A stretch of 56,162 bases of DNA from the NCBI GenBank assembly GCA_001918745.1, contig MNGN01000057.1:1-56162 (forward strand), read 5' to 3'. This DNA is from Crenarchaeota archaeon 13_1_40CM_3_52_17 (lineage in GTDB: Archaea > Thermoproteota > Bathyarchaeia > 40CM-2-53-6). Made by a program: the position numbers and the translations under genes. Position 1 is the first letter of the stretch; each line of letters starts with the position of its first letter. Positions 55,380 to 56,162 of this stretch are shown here, one piece after another. The notes below the pieces were generated by a model, which worked only from the letters and a program-made list of their open reading frames with translations, did no database searches and was not told the origin of the DNA.

Positions 55380-55959
55380 CTCTCTTCACTTTCAGAATCC
55401 CTGGCTGAGCTATACCCAAGGCCGATGCGGTCGGCGAATGGACAATATCTCCACGCCATAATCGCTTGTAAACATCCCGCAATCCGAGGGTCTTGACCTG
55501 CATGCCAAACTCGTATGGCTCTCGATGCAAGACTCCTTTCTTCAAATTCCGGGCAAGATAGGCGTGGGCTCTCTGAGGGGATAATCCCGGGGAAGGATGG
55601 AACCATCCGATCTTCTTCCATGACCCGGCAGAGTACCCGGTCTCCTCCTCTAGCTCGCGCCGAGCGCAAGCCTCCGGACTCTCGCCGTTCTCAATGTGGC
55701 CTGCTGGAAGTTCGAGCTCCCAGCCTTGGATAGCATGTCGATAGTTCCAGACCATCACAAGTTTATCCCGTCCGAGAACCGGGATGATGATTGAGAAATC
55801 GTCGACGAATAGTCGTGGGTGGACCATTTGGAAACCGGTTTTAGAGACGATCCGGTCGCGGTGAAGTTTCAAGTCATCCAATGACGCGAGCAGTCTAGTC
55901 TCTACTGTCTTCCAAGGTTTCGGTGTCCTGCGAAACTTCAGGTTTTCTCTTGACAACAC
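55357..55959 (-). CDS. NUDIX hydrolase (ADP-ribose pyrophosphatase-like)
   Basis: Nudix box GHIENGESPEACARRELEEETGY. I prefer GTG 55959 (VLSRENLKFRRTPKPWK...) because the track start at 56073 overlaps the upstream GNAT gene. Confidence 0.8.
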   Translation of the reverse strand: MLSRENLKFRRTPKPWKTVETRLLASLDDLKLHRDRIVSKTGFQMVHPRLFVDDFSIIIPVLGRDKLVMVWNYRHAIQGWELELPAGHIENGESPEACARRELEEETGYSAGSWKKIGWFHPSPGLSPQRAHAYLARNLKKGVLHREPYEFGMQVKTLGLRDVYKRLWRGDIVHSPTASALGIAQPGILKVKRVTVSRRS

Positions 55960-55967
55960 GGAACACT

Positions 55968-56162
55968 TTACGCGAGTGTCTTTCGCATGAGCAAGTGTTT
56001 CTCGCCCAGCTTTGCTTGTGCTTTGAAGCCTTCTCTCTCGAACATGGCTACTGTTCCAAACCAGAGAGACCATGTTCCACCTTCCTTGGAAGTAGGCGGA
56101 TAGGCTTCGACTATTCCTCCGCCCTGCTGATGTATCGAATCTAGCGCTGCCCTCAACGCGAC
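55968..56162 (-). CDS. GNAT-family acetyltransferase, C-terminal part (gene continues past the window end)
   Basis: ALDSIHQQGGGIVEAYP...VAMFEREGFK is a typical GNAT C-terminal beta-strand/helix. The frame is open to position 56162. Confidence 0.5.
   Translation of the reverse strand, partial: VALRAALDSIHQQGGGIVEAYPPTSKEGGTWSLWFGTVAMFEREGFKAQAKLGEKHLLMRKTLA

Noticed and set aside
1-56162. Scan for CRISPR arrays, rRNA, transposases, integrases, and toxin-antitoxin or known defence gene sets
   Set aside because: I found no regularly spaced 25-40 nt direct repeats and no IS-type or integrase-like ORFs, including next to the tRNA. No nuclease/helicase/ATPase clusters typical of defence islands were recognisable by eye. 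A computational repeat and HMM scan would be needed to be sure.

Overview
The window looks like an archaeal chromosomal segment. Evidence: A/T-rich TATA-like boxes about 25-40 nt upstream of many starts, 1-4 nt start/stop overlaps inside operons, and a tRNA interrupted by bulge-helix-bulge (BHB) introns at non-canonical positions. A Thermoproteota/Nitrososphaerota-like lineage is only a guess. I count about 58 protein-coding genes, one tRNA and one clear pseudogene. I saw no rRNA, CRISPR array, transposase or integrase. Confident calls: an E. coli-type frdABCD fumarate reductase operon, ileS, a grpE-dnaK-dnaJ operon, divergent nikR and a HoxN/NixA-type Ni/Co permease next to a B12-binding mutase subunit, an aconitase-family dehydratase pair, and an ABC-2 exporter operon with a divergent TetR. 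The rest is a mix of accessory enzymes (NAT, M32 carboxypeptidase, Rieske ferredoxin, SDRs, isochorismatases, nucleoside hydrolase, Nudix, GNATs, LigD-PE, AlkZ/YcaQ-like, SPPY DNA methyltransferase). I could not identify a known defence or mobile system. Main hunt results: (1) a tRNA-Leu(UAA) gene with three insertions, two of which fold into textbook BHB motifs. (2) A tandem array of membrane proteins with a low-complexity linker plus C-terminal zinc-ribbon tail, an architecture that recurs at two other loci. (3) Directly upstream of that array, a 690-bp gene-free region with perfect hairpins and an iteron-like array of 17-nt GTAACT repeats. (4) A 70-aa ORF translationally coupled to the ABC exporter. 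(5) A polytopic membrane protein with two degenerate RecA/KaiC-like domains. (6) Two damaged or odd genes: a DHFR-family gene with compensating +1/-1 frameshifts, and a nucleoside hydrolase with no canonical start codon. All functional calls rest on motif recognition by eye; no database search was run.
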